Shown: one piece after another, positions 39,743 to 51,900 of the stretch
Position numbering within the stretch: the first letter of the stretch is position 1
Layout: each line of letters starts with the position of its first letter
Program-made: the position numbers and the translations under genes
Notes under the pieces: model-generated
What the model saw: the letters and a program-made list of their open reading frames with translations, nothing else
Databases searched by the model: none
Told to the model about the DNA's origin: nothing
Assembly: GCA_013239625.1 (NCBI GenBank)
Contig: MU054338.1
Coordinates: 5,804,724-5,866,723 of the forward strand
Direction of reading: 5' to 3'
Length of the DNA: 62,000 nucleotides
Source: Lama guanicoe
Taxonomy: Eukaryota

Positions 39743-41569
39743 CCTTCTGAACCAGCATATCTCATTTTTAGAATAGCCCTTAGACATATAAATGTAGATG
39801 TGAAGAATACCATTTATTGAAGGGGCCTTTTCATAACAAGTCACCCTGTAGAGCCATCAACAGGGAACATGTGAGCTAGACAAAGATGACAGCAGAATAT
39901 GCAGCATTTTGTCTCAATTAAATAAAGGCACTGTGTGCTGTGGTTAAGAGAGGGGACCCTGGATATATATTCCATTGGTTTGGGATATGCCCTGGTGCTT
40001 CCTGGCTGAGTGGCCTTGGACAGGTGTCTTAACCTCTCTGTGCCACAGTTTCCTCCTCTGGAAAATGAGTATATTAATAGTGCCTGCTTCGGTAGGTTGG
40101 TTTGTTTTTCATTTTTATTTTAAGATAATTTTAGACTTACAGAAAAGTTGCAAAAAATAGCATAGAGAGTTCCCAAATACACTTCACACTGCTGCCCCTA
40201 CTACTGACATCTTACATAACCATAGTAGATTTATCAAAACTACGAAATTAACCTTGGCACAATATTATTAATAAACTGCAGACTTAGTTTGGATTTTTCC
40301 AATTTTTTATTTGTGCCCTTTTTCCTGTTCCAGGACCCAAGCCAAGATCCTTCATTGCATTTAGTTGTCATGACTTTTTAGACTCCTTAGTCATAATTCC
40401 TCAGTTTTGCATGACTTTGACACTTTTGAAGAGTACTGGTCAGTAATTTTGTAGCCTGTCTCTCAATTTGGTTTGTCTTGATTAGACTGGGGATTTTGCA
40501 TTACTGGGAAGGATACCAGAGAGGTGATGTTCCCTTCTCATATTAGGGGCTTATGATGTCACTATGACTCATTGCTGGTGATGTTAACCTTGGTCCCTTG
40601 GTTAAGGTGATGTCTGCCAGGATCCTCCACTGTGAAGCTGCTAGAGTTGTTGGGAGTTAAAGGGTCTACCACAGGGCTTCACACGCAATATTGTGTTCTG
40701 TGTTTAAAAAATGCAAAAAATATGTAGATGCGTGTGTCTGAATCGACTACTTCTGGAAGGATAAATAAAATGAGAGCTGCAACTGCCTCACAAGGAGGAG
40801 GAAAACTGGGAGCTCGAAAAGGCGGCTGCGGAATCGGCCACCCTACGACCAACCACGCATGCCTTCACCCAAGGTCCTGCTTAGCAGCGCGAACTGAGCC
40901 TGCTCGTAGCAGGGCACGCCCAGCAGAGGGCAGTAGCACTCCCTGCGGATGCCCACGTGGCTGTCAACGTGCTGGGGGTGGGGGTGGGAAAGCGCAAGCC
41001 CTCCTAGACCGGCAGGTGATTGGCTACAGCGCCTCTCAGATTGGCCAATCACAGGAATTTTGATGAGGCCGATGTCCTGCGGCTGCGCAGAGTCGTCGAG
41101 GCATCGTAGGGCTGACTACGTGTGTATTTCTAACCCCAAGCGAGCGCCCTGTGTTGTGGAGGCCAAAGGACTACAGAAATGGCTTTAAAGGGGCGGATAA
41201 CCGCCCTCGCCTGGAGCCTCTGCTACTGCCAACCCCTTGTTTTATGTTCTAATCTACTTGGGTTATTAACAGCCTGAAAACGGGGCTTTCTGGGGAAACC
41301 CAGGAGCCCCCCACTCCACTCTGACCTCTTCACATTCCCTCAGTTAACTCCACTCCAGCCACACAGGGCCTCTGCAGCTTCTCCTTGTGCCCAAAGTGTT
41401 CCCCGAATCTCTAGATTGTCACTCACCTCCTTCGGGGTTTTACTCAAAGTTCACCTGCTCAGTGAAGCCTTCTCCAAACCAGCCAGTTTCAAACTGCAAA
41501 CCACTCTTGCATCTCCTCCCCTTTTCTACTTCACTTTTATCGTATCCCTTATCTTTTTTTATAGACTTT

Positions 41570-42300
41570 TTTCTATATTGTAATAAAATATATAACACAA
41601 AACTTACCATTTTTAAGTGTACAGTTCTGTGGTATTAAGTACATTCATGTTGTGAAGCCATCACCGCCATCCATCTCCAGGAATTTTTTTATCTTCCAAG
41701 GCGGAAACAATGCCGCTATCAAACACTAATTCCCTATTCCCCCCTCCTAACCCCTGGCACCCACCATTCTACTTACTGTCTCTATGATAATTTCACTACA
41801 CTAGGTATCTCATATAAAAGGAATCATACAGTATTTGTCCTTTTGTGACTAATTTATTTCAGTTAGCATTATATCCTCAAGGCTCATCCATGTTGTTGTA
41901 TGTGTCAGAATTTTCTTCCTTTCTAAGGCTGAATAACATTCTGTTGCATATATATATACACACACACATACATATACACACACATCCACGACATTTTTTT
42001 TTGCCCATGCATCCATTGATGGACACTTGAGTTGTTTTGGCTATTGTAAATCATGCTGCTATGAACATGGTTGTGTAATGATCTATTCAAGTCCCTGCTT
42101 TCAATTCTTTTGGGTATATACCCAGAAGTGGAATTACTGAATCATATGGTAACTCCATTTTTAATTTTTAAAGGCACTGCCATACTGTTTTTCATGGTGG
42201 CTGAAACAGTTTACATTTGCTAGATGTGTACAAGAGTTCCACTTTCTTCACTTGTTAGGTTCTATTTTTTTGATAATGGCCACCCTAATGGATGTGAAGG
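41570..42300 (-). mobile_element. L1 3' fragment (antisense)
   Basis: Typical L1M 3' end: ctgctatgaacatgg...gggtatatacccagaagtggaattactgaatcatatggt. Confidence 0.85.
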
Positions 42301-43100
42301 GTTTAAACAAACTTTAAAAGTATATGTCATACATATAGAAAAGGATACAAATTATAGCTCAATGAATCAATTATCACTTTTAAACTTTAATTTTACTTAA
42401 AGTAAATGCATAAATCTTAATGGAGAGCTCAATGAATTTTTACTAACATACACACCCACATAATCACCACACAGCTCAAGCTATAAAAATTCCTAATCTG
42501 TTTATTAATATCAGCCCTTTTGTTAACCACATGTAGCATTTTACATTTTTACTTCATGAAAATATGCTCTTTCTTGGAAACAAATTCTAAGCACTTGGAG
42601 GACTTAAATTTCTTTTCTGTTTTTCAAGTTAATTTTATATTTCCTTCTGGATCTAACACACAACATATATTTGTTTTAAAATACATATAAATAGTTGTTG
42701 AATTAATGAATGTATTTTGATGCTTTGTTTGAGATGGCAGAATGACAGAAGGCATAAATCTAAATCTCTAAATTACATGAGAATACAGAGAATCAAGTTG
42801 TACACACAAGCAAAAAGGGACTAAAAATTGGTGTTAAATACAAAAGGTAATATGTTCTAAGTTCCAAGTCAATGGATATTGACAAAATGATACACAAAAT
42901 CATATCCTAAACAGTTTTGAAGTTGCAATTAATTTTTTCAAGCTGAAAGTAGTAAAAATATTTCTATTTCTGAGTCTTTCATCTGTCTTCCCCACTAGAA
43001 TGCCACCTCCCCAAGGTCAGGAATCTTTTTGTTGCTCATTGCTTTCCTCAACACATAGAACAGTGCCTAGTGCAAAGGCGGCTCTCAATAAATGCATGTG

Positions 43101-43195
43101 GCGGGGGTGGTATAGCTCAATGGTAGAGCACGTGCTTAGCATGCATAAGGTCCTGGGTTCAATCCCCAGTACCTCTATTAAAAATAATAATAACA
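43101..43195 (+). mobile_element. tRNA-derived SINE (vic-1 type)
   Basis: A/B boxes; TSD aaatgcatgt. Confidence 0.85.
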
Positions 43196-43382
43196 AATGC
43201 ATGTTGAGTGACTCTGAGCCTTCTTGTGGTGGTGGTGGGGCACACCCTCAGCCTCCTATGCACAACTTCCCCCACTTTGGCCCTGGGTCTTAGACTGCAG
43301 GAGGGTGGAAGGAAGCTCCTCCAGATCTCTACAGTCTCTTTCCACACTCTGTGCTGGGGCACTCTGAGAGGGCTCCCCTACC

Positions 43383-44523
43383 TCAGTCTCTGGACCGTGT
43401 GATGCGGCACATCCAGAGGCTGTTAAGGATGTTCAGGACCAGCATCGTCAAGGTCATCACCCCTCGAATATTAGAACAGCATCACATTGATGCTGGCTAC
43501 ACAGACTACAGCCATGGCCACCTCATTCAGCGAGGCCACTAGTGAGGGGCTCAAAATTGACCAAGGGCTGTGAGCAGGCACAAATGGACATAGAAGTCTG
43601 AAAGGTAATGCGGTCTGTCCCCAGGCTGGGGCAAGATGGGGGAGGGCAGTGGCAGAGTAATTAGTCAGGCATGCATAAGGCAGTCCCCATGAGGCAGGCA
43701 TGCATGGGGCTGTCACAAGGGACTGTTGGCAGGCTTTAAAAGTTGGGGTAAGCTTCAGGAACATTCACTCCTTTTAATATCTATTGAGCACCTACCATGT
43801 TCCAGGCTCTGTCTCTAATGCTGGGGACACCATATCAAACAAACAAAATATCCCTGTCCTCTTGGAGCACATGGTAACCAAGTCCACAAGAGATGTTCCA
43901 CACATGCAGGTAGGGTGGTGGGAGAGGTAGTGTCTCCAGGGACCTTTCCAGAAGCAGCAGAAGCTGAAGAGAGAAGCCGAATGATAACACAGGAACATCT
44001 GATCCCATTGTGGAAAATCACCACCAGGTCTGAAGGGAACAGGGTTCAGAAGTAGGCAGAGGATTGAGCGAATGTCATGTCCCACCCAGCTGGACCCCAT
44101 CGACCATAGAGCAGGTCACCAGAGTCATCAGCTGCAGTCTGTGGGATGAGGGGAGCAACTCCGGACCGCTCTGGACAGGGCAGCTGGGGGCCCAGCCTGC
44201 AGGGGTCAAGGCCCTGGTCTGCGCTCTGCCTGGGCTGGGGTAGAGACTTGCCCAGGAGGCTCCTTAGCTGGGGCCGCCTCACTCCGAGAACATTCCTGGA
44301 AGGGTCTCTTCCTCCCTGGAACACCTTCAGCAGTGTCCACCCCTCTTCCCAGTGCTGTCAACTCCCCACCCCATGGGAGTGTAGAGTGGGGCTGAAGTGG
44401 AGAATGTCGACTAGGGCCCTCGCTGACCCTTACAGAGTGAGGCTGATGTTGATTGTCTCCACGGAGAGCAGGTTGTACCCGCTGAGAGTGCTGATGGACG
44501 TGGAGAGGATGATGGGTACACAT
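43383..44523 (-). pseudogene. Degraded, intron-containing TLCD4/TMEM56-like (TLC-domain) pseudogene
   Basis: Collinear exon remnants: 44523-44434 (90 nt, CAG|...|GTAAGG; CVPIILSTSISTLSGYNLLSVETINISLT); ~44099-44048 (GSSWVGHDI/AQSSAYF); 44029-43944 (CAG|DLVVIFH/DQMFLCYHSASLFSF); 43567-43383 (LNEVAMAVV...VLNILNSLWMCRITR). They match recalled TLCD4 segments in the same order, with frameshifts and stops. Confidence 0.72.
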
Positions 44524-44699
44524 CTGAGGAGGAAACCAAGTTAGGCCGGTCTCCTTCACTAATGTCAGTGCCAAATCCCTAGCACCTGGCACGCAGTAAG
44601 GCTCGAGTTTGTTGAACAAATGAACGAATCCACATTACTACTACCTTTAATATTTCATTACTACATTTCAGGTGGGGAAACTGGGGCTGCCAGTTGGAT

Positions 44700-45320
44700 T
44701 CACAGCCCTCCGCCGCCTTGCCCCAAGTCCAGCCACCCAGCCGGGAAATGGCCCAGTCACTCTTAGCCGGACCATACCCAATTCCTCGGTGGACGGTGCT
44801 GTTTGCCTTATCAGGGGCGGGGCCTGGCTCGTTATGAAGCGAGGCCAAGGTTTTTCCGCCTTCCTATTGGTGCTTCTCCCTTTGGGGCGGGACCTCTCTA
44901 AATCGGCGTTCTTGATTTGCTGTCTCCCTGCTAGCCCATGACCCGGAAGACCTCCGTGCAACATGGCGGCGCCCAGCGGCAAGACAGAACCGGCCGAGAT
45001 TCCGCGGCTGGTCGCGTGAGTAGGTAGGTCGCGCGTGGGGAGGCAAGCGCGAATTTACGGGCTCCGGGGCGGCTCGTTCTGGGCTGGCAGCGCGGGAGGG
45101 CGGCCCCGGAGGATCCCGGCTGCACAGCCAGGGCATGGTGACCTTTTAGGAGTACGGAGCGGGGACATGCCGGGAAAAGTCGCCCGCTGTGTACCCGCCT
45201 CCCAGGTTCCTCGTCTCTGATTTTGCAGATGAGACAGCTGAGGCTCAGGTTAAAGCCATCTCTCGAGGTCACGCCGCAGGTCGGCAGCTAGGCTGGGACC
45301 CGCGTCTGTCTGTTTCTCCC
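44700..45320 (+). promoter_or_regulatory. ECSIT: ECSIT CpG-island promoter and non-coding exon 1 (donor ~45015/45016)
   Basis: GC boxes GGGGCGGGG, ATTGG, ETS CCGGAAG, YY1-like AACATGGCGGC, GC|GTGAGT donor. Confidence 0.75.
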
Positions 45321-46104
45321 AAAGGACTCAAAATCCTGGCAGCCAGCCTCAGAGCTGCCGTAGGTACACCCTGCCTAGGGGTTCAGATCTATAGAAGTTT
45401 TGTGGAAATTTAGCTCTTCCCATTCAGCTGATACTTTTGGGTACCTACCATAAACCAGGCACTGTCCCAGGTGCTGGAGACACAGCAATAAGGAAGACAA
45501 AAATCCCGAATCTCCCAGGAGAGCCAGACATTGAACAAGTCGAAAATAAATGAAACAGCTGATTTCAGATGCTAATGATTGCTTTAAAAATGTGCATTCA
45601 TCAATTTAAAGTGATGGGGCTTTAAATTGGGAGTGGACCGGTGGTCAGGGATGGCTCATTTGAATTTAGACCTGAATGACCAGAGACAGCTATGGCCTGA
45701 TCTGGGGAGGAAATTTCCAAACAGAGAAAAGCAAGTTCAAAGACTCCAAGACTAGAATAAAGTTAGCTTGTTTAAGAAACAGTGTAACTAGAGCTGCCAG
45801 GGATAAGGGGTGGAACATGTCTAAGTTTATATTGTATGATATTCGTAATTTCAGGCAAAGAATTTAGTTTACATTTTGTTGTTGTTGAGGGGGAGGTAAT
45901 TAGGTTTATTTATTTATCTTAATGGAGTACTGGGGGTTGAACCTCTACCTCTGAGCTATACCCTCCCCACTAGTTTACATTTTAAAAAGCTACCTCTGAC
46001 CACTTCAGGGAGAACTGACTGGAGGCAGGTAAGGAAAGAAGTGTGAGGCTGGGTAGATGAAAAGAGGTCTTGGACTGAAGTGGTGGCCTGCAGATCGATT
46101 TACA

Positions 46105-46948
46105 AATACTTTCTCCTAGTATCCAAAATATATAAACAACTCAATAATACAACTCAATAATGAGAAGATAAATAATCTAATTTTTAAATGGACAAAGGAT
46201 CTAAATGGATATTTCTCCGAAGAAGATACACAATGGCCTATAAGCCCATGAAAAGATGCTCAACATCATTAATTTTTAGAGAAATGTAAATCTAAACCAT
46301 GGTGAGATGCCACTTGACACCCACTAGGATGTTGGTAATCAAAAAGACAGACAACAACAAGTATTGGCAAGAATGTAGAGAAATTGGAACCCTTGTATGT
46401 TGCTGGTGGGAATGTAAAATGGTGCAGCCACTTTGGGAAACACTTCAGCAGTTCCTCAAATGATTAAACATAGTTACCATATGTGCCTGTAATCTGATAT
46501 CTAAGTATATACCCAAGGGAAGTGTAAACACGTGTTCACACAAGAACTACACAAATGTTCATAGCAGCACTATTATGACTATTAGTCATAATAGTCAAAA
46601 AGTGGGAAGAAATGCAATTGTTCATCAGTTGATGAATGGATAAATAAAAATGTGGTTTTTGGCAATTAAAAGGAATGAAGTCTGATACATGCTACAACGT
46701 GGGTAAACCTTGAAAACATGCTAAGTGAAAGAAGCCCAGTCACAAAAGAGCACATGTTACATGATTTCATTTACATGAAATTCCCAGAGTAGGCAAATTG
46801 ATAGAAGATTAGGGATTGCCCAGGGTTGAGGGTGAGGGGAGATGAGAGTGACCGCTAATGGGTGTAGGTTTTTGGGGGGAAGGGATGACAAAAGTATTAA
46901 AAAATAAAACATAAGATTTAGCGATGGTTGCACAATTCTGTGAATATA
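46105..46948 (+). mobile_element. L1 ORF2-end / 3'UTR fragment
   Basis: ggacaaaggatctaaatggatatttctcc...aaattggaacccttg...ggtgcagccactttgg resembles L1M. Confidence 0.85.
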
Positions 46949-47168
46949 CAGTTGACCCTCAAACAGTGTAGTGGTTAGCAGTGCCGGCCCTCCACACAGT
47001 TGAAAATCCACATACACTTTTACAGTCAGCCCTTGTCTCCACGGTTCCACATCCTCAGATTCAACCAACTGCAGATCGTGTGATACTGTGGTACATATTT
47101 TTTGAAAAAACTCAGCATATATATAAGTGGACCCACACAGTTCAAAGCCATGTTATTCAAGGGTCAGT
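46949..47168. mobile_element. Tigger2/MER8-type TcMar MITE
   Basis: cagttgaccctcaaaca...tgttattcaagggtcagtg inverted termini, preceded by TA. Confidence 0.7.
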
Positions 47169-47506
47169 GACTGAAACAAACACTGAATTTTATCCTAAGG
47201 CTGAAATGTTTGGTATGCGAAGGAAGCTACTGAACAAAACAGACTGATCCTCTAGGGAGGGAGACCAGTGCAGGAGCAAATTCCTTGAGATAGTGAAGGG
47301 TCTGGCCCAGCAGAACAGCGATCCTTGATTGGAACAGTCACAAGCTCCACCTTGTGGGTGAGGGGACCAGTGGAGCTGGGGAGTTAGCCATGCAGCCTGG
47401 CACGGGGCCCTGCCCGAGAGAGGGGTCTCATTGCTTTTAGCGGGTGGGGTGCCTGGCTGATGCGCTCTCTTCTCTCTTCCCAGGTGTCTGCCCGACAGGC
47501 AAAGGC

Positions 47507-48946
47507 ATGAGCTGGGCCCAAGCCATCCTGCTGGCCCGGGGCCTCTCTCGGGGCTGGGGAGGCATCTGTGGCACTGTCCTCACAGGAGCCCCCTTTTCTC
47601 AGGTAACCGCCAGTCTTGGGGTGGAGAAAGATAGGCAGGCCCAGGATTTGGTCCTAAGCCCTCAGAATCCACCCAGTGAAGCCAGCTCTTGGTTGAGGGG
47701 GTGGGGGAGGTCTGGGCTGGCCTGTCTGCTCTGACGGCCAGTTGAATGTCTCTTACTCATTTTAAGAAGTGTTGGGGCCCATGTGAGTGAGGGGCTTGAA
47801 TTTGAAATTAAGATGGTCTGAGGTGGTGGGGGGAGAGTATAGCTCAGTGATAGAGCATGTGCTTAGCGTGCACAAGGCCCTGGGTTCAATCCCCAGTGCC
47901 TCCACTAAAACATAAATAACTGGGTGGGGGTAATAGTTCAGTGGTAGAGTGCATGCTTAGCGTGCACAAAGTCCTGAGTTCTATCCCCAGTACCTCCATT
48001 AAAAAAAATAATAAATTAATAAATAGATAAGTAAATAATAAACCTGAATACCCCCCCCAAAAAAAGCAAGAAAAAGGTCTGAGCTGAGTGGATTTGGGTG
48101 GCAACTGTGGGTACCTCCTGCATTCACTTGTAAAGATGTGAGCAGAAAACTGAATTTCCCTTCCTTACCCAAAGTGACCAAAAGGCCCAGGCTGATCAAC
48201 AGCTGTAGATTGCAACGATGATGGTGGTGGTGGTGGTAACAACATTTAATAGCTCCCTGATTGAGCACGGAGCCCTTCCTCTGTGCCAGGCCCCATGCTC
48301 TGCATTTCATTTACCTTATTTCATTTGTGGTGTCTCCCCTTCTTTGGGAACCTCTATGCATTCTAGAGGTTCTTTTCTGCTCTTTGCACTACGCATATAC
48401 CACCCACTTTCACTTTAAATGAATGCCTTAAAAAATGCATATATATCACCTTACCTCAGCAGGACATCAGGATGGCTATTGGATGCAGCAGAGCAAAGAG
48501 ACTGAGAGTAGGGACTCCAATCTTAGCTCTGCTGCCTGTAGTTGTGTGACAGACACCAGGCATCATGTTTCATCTCTCTGGGCCTCGGTTTCCTCATCTG
48601 TAAAATAGGCACCCCCAAGTGCACACCTGCAATGGACAGTGGAAAGATTAAATGAGCCTCACTCTCAGAAAGTGCTCAACAATCCCTGGAACATAAGAAT
48701 ATTCAGTAAACATGAGCTCTTATTAGCCATATATTTGAAAAGATGCCTTATGTGTAACCATTCTAATTTAAACATTCAATTCATATTAAAATAAGAAATT
48801 TATTAGTGTACCAGGCTGGCAAACTTTTTTGTAAAGGGTCAGATAGTAAAAATTTTTTTAAGATTTTTTTTTCAAGTATAGTTGATTTACAATACTGCGT
48901 TAGTTTCAGGCATACAGCAAAGTGATTCAGTTATTTATATATACAT

Positions 48947-48977
<31 letters not shown>

Positions 48978-51900
48978 TTATTTCAGATTATTTTCCATTA
49001 TAGGCTATTACAAGATATTGAGTATAGTTCCCTGTGCTGTGCAGTAAATCCTTGTTGTTTATCCATTTTAGATCTAGTGGTGTGTATCTCTTAACCTCAC
49101 ACTCCTAGTTTATCCCTCCCTAGACCAGATTATATTTCTGGCTTTGTGGGCCATGTGGTCACTGTCACAGCTACTCAGCTCTGCCACAAAGCAGCCCCAG
49201 ACCAGACATAATGAATGCATGGCTGTGTTCCAATAAAACTTTAAGACAAAAGCAGGCAGTAGACTGGATTTGCCCCACAGACTATAGTTTTGCCGACTTC
49301 TATTCTAGAGGGATCTGGCCCACCCGAGGCAGCACGCAATTCCCAACCTGGGGAACAAGGTCTCCTTGACCCGAGGGCAGTACCACCATAACAGATGGGG
49401 AAACAGGCCTGCGCAGTAGAGTGGGAAGTGAGCGTCCCCAGGCGGAGGACAGCCAAGCCGAGACTCCTGCTGACTCCAAAACCTGCATTTTCTTTTTTAA
49501 ATTCAGTTTCTGAAATCTATCTTTTACATAGGTAATTACAGCAGACAATATAGTTCAAGATGCAAAATGTTCTGAAGCTATCCCATGACAAGGATCTGTC
49601 CCTCTCTTGTCTGGCCACCACTTAGCTGCCCTCTCGAGAGGCAAGATGTTGCCTGCCTATTGTATTTCCTTCCAGAGATACTTCACAGAAGCAGAAAACA
49701 TTTATCTATACAGTCGATTCTCAGTATTCACAGTAACATTCTAGAAAGTCACCACATTCACTGAATGAGCAAATACTGAACCATTGCTCCCAGGGGAAAC
49801 AGTTCATGTGAGCCTCCGGTCACATTTTCATCAACCAATCAATCATAGCCTTGTGGTATATGTGTTTCTGGTTAAGGACGTCTTATTTAATATGTACTGC
49901 TGACTCACTAACCTAGAACTCATGGCCAGCAACACTGTAACTCATGTCTAAGCTTAACCTACCACGTGTATTTATTTTCTCTGTAGGGAACAGGGCGGCC
50001 TTCTCGCACGTAGGAACACTAGATAGGCTTCGGGGCCATTTTCAACAGCATTATCACCAAAACAAAAAGATGCAGAAAATATGCACTAAATAAACCTCTA
50101 AAAGGACACTTGGTGACAGCATGGGAGCCAAAACAAGAAGGCAGAGCAGTCACCCTATTCCATCTCAGCTGGGAACATAGGTATTCGGTGACTCAGATGT
50201 TCCGTCCCACTGTGTGTGTCTGTGAATGGCTGGAAAGCGCCAAGAGTGTTGGCTTTGGGATGACATGAATTTTAGCAAATAGGCAGATTTGCAAATATGG
50301 AATCTATAAATAATAGGACCTACTATTTATAAGCTGTCGTTTTCTTTTCCTTTTTTTTTTTTTTTGCACCAATGGGAACCTACTCTACACAGTTTCACAA
50401 CTTGCTTTTTCTCATTTAATGATATACCTCAGAGCTCACTCCAGGCCACATGAGACCTCCTTAGTGGTAGGTGCTCTTTGTCCAGGTTCACAGCCATTTG
50501 CTTAGTTACTTCCTTGCTGATGCACATTTGCGCTGTAACCAATGATGCAAGCCTCTGCACAAAAGTTTTTCAGTGCAGGTGTGTCTAGAGCTGTCCGATT
50601 TAAATACCAGATGTGGGCTTACTGCGTCAGAGGGTGCATGTTCATCTCATCGTGGTGAAAATTGCCAGATCCCTCCATCGGGGTTTTACCCCTGCTGCGT
50701 CACACTCGGCCTTGGTGCCTGACCCTGGGTTTGTAACCACAGCACCACACTTCCTTGGAGGCCCTTAGGGATGCCACTGGCACCATTCCCAGCAAAGAGC
50801 CAGCCCAGCAGTCCCCCAGGGACACTGGGGAACGCCAGATTCCAGCAGCGGATCTCTGTCCACAGGTGCCACCCCAGGCTCTGCGGAGCCTCCACTGCAG
50901 CACAGCCACCCATCGCCCTGACTCATCGCTGGTCCCGTGCCCACCCAAGCCCCCAAGGAGGCCAGTCAAGGCCCTGGCACGCCATGAGGAGCTGTTCAGG
51001 CAGGCGCCAGATGCGGCGCAGGACAAGGCGAGCTTTGTGCGGGCCGTGCAGAACTTCACACAGCACAACGTGCACAAGCGGGGCCACGTCGATTTCATTT
51101 ACCTGGCTCTGCGCAAGATGCGGGAGTATGGCGTCGAGCGGGACCTGGCTGTCTACAACCTGCTGCTTGACATCTTCCCCAAGGAGGTCTTCCGGCCTCG
51201 CAGCATCATCCAGAAGATTTTCATCCACTACCCACGGCAGCAGGAATGTGGGATTGCCGTCCTGGAGCAGATGGAGAACCATGGTGAGGCCAGCAGGCAG
51301 CGCGCACCAGGAAGGGCTATAGAGGTAGTGGGCTGCCTCCCTCTTCAGGGTCTCGGGCCCTCCATCGCTTCCGGGCTCTGGCTGGTCTCCTTTTTGTCTG
51401 TCTGGCTTCCTCCTCGCCCCTACACCCCACTCCATCTCTTGCTCACTCTGTCTGTCTTCCCTTCCCTCTTCCGGCCCCTCCCTGAGGCTCTGCCCGCATC
51501 TGCCTGGTACAGGGGTGATGCCCAACAAGGAGACGGAGTTCCTGCTGATTCAGATATTTGGACGCAAAAGCTACCCCATGCTCAAGCTTGTGCGCATGAA
51601 GCTGTGGTTCACTCGCTTCAAGAACATCAACCCGTTCCCTGTACCCCGGGACCTGCCCCAAGACCCCATCGACCTGGCCCGGTTGGCCCTGCGGCACATG
51701 GAGCCCAACCTCAGCGCCAGGGTCACCATCTACCAGGTATCCACACCTCGGCAGCCTCCCCAGGGCGGGGCCCCTTCGCCAACCCCGAGTGGCTGTGCTG
51801 AGACAGGCCATGATTCCCTGGCTGAGCCTTTGCTAGATTCCATGGCCCTCGGCACAGCTTGACCTCTGACCTTTGCTCCTACCCCTCTCCCCACACTCAC

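Noticed and set aside
43630..43700. Possible further TLCD4-like exon remnant (GLPYA..)
   Set aside because: It is in the expected position, but too degraded and without splice sites to claim.
51737..51744. GTATCCAC donor resembling a U12 5' splice site in ECSIT
   Set aside because: It mismatches the consensus at +7/+8, and the acceptor has a normal pyrimidine tract, so it is U2-type.
50755..51801. 348-aa ORF
   Set aside because: It is ECSIT exon 3 plus intron read-through that crosses the next exon out of frame, not a separate gene.
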